Shown: one piece after another, positions 53,701 to 64,000 of the stretch
Layout: each line of letters starts with the position of its first letter
Numbering within the stretch: position 1 is the stretch's first letter
Assembly (NCBI GenBank): GCA_951406725.2
Contig: OX597828.1
Span: forward strand, 558,001-622,000
Direction: 5' to 3'
DNA from: Octopus vulgaris
Taxonomy: Eukaryota
DNA: 64,000 bases
Notes under the pieces: model-generated
Told to the model about the DNA's origin: nothing
The model's input: only the letters and a program-made list of their open reading frames with translations
Databases searched by the model: none
Made by a program: the position numbers and the translations under genes

Positions 53701-54723
53701 CATGCCCTTGGTAGCACAAACAACATCCCTCACTAGCTATGCTGATGACACAAAGGTAGCACAGGCAATCAAAAACCCAGCTGATGCTGACCTTTTACAA
53801 CAAGATCTGGATGCCATATACAAATGGGCTGAAGACAACAACATGCAATTTAATGCTGGTAAATTTCAAGCCTTACAATATCAAGCTGTAAACACATATA
53901 CATTACAACACAACTATACTGGTCCAGGAGGGATCGAAATCCCAGTATCGAAATCAATACGGGACCTGGGGATAGACATGAGTGACGATGCATCTTTTTC
54001 TTCACACATCGCGAAGGTGGCGACAATGTGCAGACGACTCACTGGCTGGATCCTGAGGACATTCCGGACAAGAGACTGCGAGACCATGTTGACACTATGG
54101 AGGACATTTGTCCTAACCGCCTGGACTACTGCTCCCAACTGTGGTCACCGCATAGTGTCAAACTAACCACAGAGCTTGAGACAATCCAAAGACATTTCAC
54201 CAAGAGGATTTCCACCATGAAAGAAAAAGAACTATTGGGAGAGGCTTAGGGAACTCAATTTGTACTCCTTGGAACGAAGACGAGAGAGATATGCAGTGAT
54301 ATACATATGGAAAATCCTGGAGGGACTAGCACCAAATTTTGGAATTGAGAGCTGTTCCAATCCCCGTACAGGACGTCACTGTGTGGTGCCAAAGGTCCCG
54401 TCTTCCACATCCAGGGTAAGGAGCAGATACTGTAATAGCCTGGGGTTCAGGGGCCCTCAGCTGTTCAACAAACTGCCAAGAAAACTAAGAGATCTACATG
54501 ATGCGGATGTGGACATTTTCAAAAAACATCTAGACAAGCTGCTTTCCGGGATCCCAGATGAACCCAATGCAAGGTACGAAGGTAACCTAAGGGCAGCAGC
54601 TACAAACTCTCTCTTAGATCAGTGGCCAGCCACGGCAAACTAAACTTAGAGAGGGTAGCAACAAGGGCGGTGCCCCAGCATGGCCTCAGCCGGATGGCTG
54701 AAACAAGTAAAAGAGTAAAAGAG
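50765..54723 (+). mobile_element. LINE family B copy (ORF2 only), with deletions and a 1093-bp internal tandem duplication
   Basis: Reverse complement of 36216-39327. ~52178-53270 is repeated at ~53271-54363. Confidence 0.95.
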
Positions 54724-54734
54724 TATATATATAC

Positions 54735-54780
<46 letters not shown>

Positions 54781-54868
54781 ATATACATATACATATATAT
54801 ATATACATATACATATATATATATATACATACATATACATATACATATATATATATATATACATACAT

Positions 54869-54913
<45 letters not shown>

Positions 54914-55006
54914 CATATATATATATACATATATATATATACACATACATATATATATATACATATATATATACACATATATACATATATATATACACAT
55001 ATATAC

Positions 55007-55039
<33 letters not shown>

Positions 55040-55040
55040 C

Positions 55041-55092
<52 letters not shown>

Positions 55093-55133
55093 ATATATAC
55101 ATATACATATATATATATATATACATATATATA

Positions 55134-55629
55134 TAACATAAGGGACTAAAGCCATCTGAATATGGCTAGGGACAGGGCAGGGTGGTGGGGGTGTTACTGT
55201 TGCATTTAGCCCCAGGCGAACATCGACGTCACCAGAAAGGCCCGACACCGTCACGGTGTCCTTAACCTGCAAAGGGAGGTAATTCCCCGATGAAGCGGAA
55301 ACCACACACGGACCATGGTTTCAAGGTGTATTGCCTATCGTCGGCGTGTGGTAGGCTTCCGCTTCCTCGACGAATTCTCACTCTGCAGGATATTCATATA
55401 TAGATTTTCAAGCAAAATACATTTGCTGATTTCGAAAATCTGTTCGAAAGCAATAATAATTCTCTAAAAGAGATATAGACAGTAACTGCTCGATAACATA
55501 AGGGACTAAAGCGATCTGAATATGGCTAGGGACAGGGCAGGGTGGTGGGGGTGTTACTGTTGCATTTAGCCCCAGGCGAACATCGACGTCACCAGAAAGG
55601 CCCGACACCGTCACGGTGTCCTTAACCTG

Positions 55630-55630
<1 letters not shown>
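55134..55630 (-). mobile_element. Second copy of the 360-bp hammerhead unit
   Basis: Reverse complement of ~35295-35790. Hammerhead at 55305-55350 (-). Confidence 0.8.
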
Positions 55631-60890
<5,260 letters not shown>

Positions 60891-60944
60891 ATATATATAC
60901 ATATATATATATATACATATATACATATATATATATACATATAC

Positions 60945-61004
<60 letters not shown>

Positions 61005-61005
61005 C

Positions 61006-61038
<33 letters not shown>

Positions 61039-61093
61039 TATATATATACATATATATATATACACATATATATATACATATATATATATACAC

Positions 61094-61543
<450 letters not shown>

Positions 61544-61602
61544 TATATACATATACATATATATATATATACATATATATATACATATACATATATATAT
61601 AC

Positions 61603-61633
<31 letters not shown>

Positions 61634-61691
61634 CATATATATATATACATATATATATATATACATATATATATACATATATATATACATT

Positions 61692-61723
<32 letters not shown>

Positions 61724-61730
61724 TATCTAC

Positions 61731-61763
<33 letters not shown>

Positions 61764-61776
61764 CATATATATATAC

Positions 61777-61829
<53 letters not shown>

Positions 61830-61847
61830 TATATACATTTATATATA

Positions 61848-63129
61848 TCATCATCATCATCATCATCATCGTTTAACGTCCGTTTTCCACGCTAGCACGG
61901 GTTGGACGGTTTCGACCGGGGTCTGGGGAGCTAGGGACTGCCCCAGGCTCCAGTCTAGTCTGGCAGTGTTTCTACAGCTGGATGCCCTTCCTAACGCCAA
62001 CCACTCCGCGAGTGTAGTGGGTGTTTTTTACGTGCCACCTGCACAGGTGCCAGAGGGGTCTGGCATCGGCCACGTTCGGATGGTGCTTTTTATGTGGGGG
62101 GTGGGGTGCAGAAATATATAGGGGAGCACCAGTGGGGAGGGGTGGTTCAGAGAAATGATGACAGGTTCTAGGCAAGTAGAACGTAGGATATCAAGAGAGG
62201 GGTAATGCATGGTGAAATAGCGTGTTGAAGAGGGCGGTTCGAAGAGTAGACACCTATAATGGTGGTGGGAGAAGCGACATCCGGTATAGATGGAGCAAAA
62301 ATATAGAGATATCCGGTATTGGTGGTGGGGGTGGGCAAGGGCGGGTGCACCGGGAATATGCGAAGGTTGAACTTTAGAGAGACGGGCGGGAATGGCAATG
62401 TTTTTAGGGTGGCATATAGAAAGAAAAGGAAAGCAAAGCAGATTGGTGGTTATAAGTTCAAAAAATTTAAACGGTAGACAAATGTATGTATGTATGAAAA
62501 AGAAGGGAGAAAATCTTCTTAGCTTGCTTATGGACATCGCTTTAAGTCGGAGAAGAAATGATAGTGAATGGTGGAGATCGAATTAAAAGATTGAAGGTTG
62601 AACTTTAGAGAAACGGGCGGGAATGGCGATGTTTTTAGGGTGGCATATAGAAAGAAAAGGAAAGCAAAGCAGATTGGTGGTTATAAGTTCAAAACATTTA
62701 AACGGTAGACAAATGTATGTATGTATGAAAAAGAAGGGAGAAAATCTTCTTAGCTTGCTTATGGACATCGCTTTAAGTCGGAGAAGAAATGATAGTGAAT
62801 GGTGGAGATCGAATTAAAAGATTGAAGGTTGAACTTTAGAGAAACGGGCGGGAATGGCGATGTTTTTAGGGTGGCATATAGAAAGAAAAGGAAAGCAAAG
62901 CAGATTGGTGGTTATAAGTTCAAAACATTTAAACGGTAGACAAATGTATGTATGTATGAAAAAGAAGGGAGAAAATCTTCTTAGCTTGCTTATGGACATC
63001 GCTTTAAGTCGGAGAAGAAATGATAGTGAATGGTGGAGATCGAATTAAAAGATTGAAGGTTGAACTTTAGAGAAACGGGCGGGAATGGCGATGTTTTTAG
63101 GGTGGCATATAGAAAGAAAAGGAAAGCAA
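61848..63129 (-). mobile_element. Non-autonomous RTE-tailed element with 231-bp 5' tandem monomers (~3.3 copies)
   Basis: ATGGC(A/G)ATGTTTTTAGGGTGG at 62392, 62623, 62854 and 63085. Linker CCCACCCCCACCACCAATACCGG. RTE tail and (GAT)n at 61848-62090. Confidence 0.75.
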
Positions 63130-63170
63130 TATATACATATATACATATATATATACATATATATATATAC

Positions 63171-63278
<108 letters not shown>

Positions 63279-63366
63279 TAAATGATTGATACAGAAGATG
63301 GAGTGCAACTAGAAGCCTTATTTGCACAACAATTGTTTTGGCTTCCTTCTGCACTGCTCCCTAGTG

Positions 63367-63598
63367 GGTGTGGGATGACGTAATGACATCAGATGCAATG
63401 CACAGTGCAGTGAGCCTCATCAGGTGATGTAACATGTTTCAAAAGTTATCAGATTTACATTTCATTTTCACTCCAAGTTTTATGCTGCTAGCAATTCAGA
63501 CACATTTTTGGTGAAGTGTAAATCTGATCATTTTTGAAGCATGTTACACCACCTGATGAGGCTCCCTGCATTGTGATGTCATTACATCATCCCACACC
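63367..63598. mobile_element. MITE-like imperfect inverted repeat (~95-bp arms)
   Basis: GGTGTGGGATGACGTAATGACATC...GAGCCTCATCAGGTG...ATCAGATTTACA versus TGTAAATCTGAT...CACCTGATGAGGCTC...GATGTCATTACATCATCCCACACC. Confidence 0.7.
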
Positions 63599-64000
63599 AA
63601 ATCTTCCAGTTACACTTTGTCTTCCATATATCAATCATTTAAAATATACCCAACATGCACCTAGGAATTCCAGACATATATCCAGTAACAAATGCACAGT
63701 AATGTTGATGATGCCTGGTAGCCATAGGTGGTGAACATGCTCAGCTGGTACACTACCTGGGACTTACACTCAAACAAGGTTTGGGTACTGCATTTAATGT
63801 CACCTTTCTAAACTTTAATTTTTTTAATTTTAAATTTAACTTTATATGTGTGTGTGTGTGTATTTCTATGTATACATCATCATCATCGTTTAACGTCCGT
63901 TTTCCGCGCTAGCACGGGTTGGACGGAAATGTTCATATATATATGTATGTGTGAGTGTATGCATACATGTTGAAATTCCATGCTTAGTATTCTTTTTGTT

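Noticed and set aside
62363-63129. 231-bp repeats with 64-aa ORFs as a tandem gene cluster or CRISPR-like array
   Set aside because: Units are contiguous with no unique spacers. The ORFs have no recognisable features and lie within an RTE-tailed element.
63405-63565. CTGATGAG and GAAAC words suggesting a hammerhead
   Set aside because: No stem I or stem II pairing can be built in any permutation. Treated as a MITE-like inverted repeat.

Overview
Eukaryotic, almost gene-free, repeat-saturated DNA. The SINE/RTE repeat types and the very long (TA)n/(TACA)n/(CA)n arrays point to an octopod cephalopod (inference). Nearly all long ORFs in the track are microsatellite translations ([12 protein letters not shown]) and are not genes. 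The real content is mobile DNA: (i) at least four related APE+RT LINE families of the CR1/L2 group, almost all embedded in (TA)n arrays. Three of them and a tRNA-derived SINE share a 3' motif with a covarying stem-loop. One near-full-length copy has Myb/SANT-like and CCCH-finger segments upstream of ORF2. (ii) Penelope-like fragments plus non-coding tandem or inverted units (two of ~360 bp) that together carry seven distinct type I hammerhead ribozyme folds, including core variants (U3-A8 covariant, U4C). (iii) An L1/Tx1 3' fragment inside a (TATC)n array. (iv) A Helitron with a Pif1 helicase fragment and canonical 3' end. (v) RTE fragments and an RTE-tailed non-autonomous family with tandem 5' monomers. 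(vi) SINEs and MITEs. 33.8-39.3 kb is repeated in inverted orientation at 50.8-56.9 kb, with a chimeric degraded segment at 41.1-42.8 kb and a 100-N gap, so part of this window is probably an assembly artefact. No host gene can be called with confidence.
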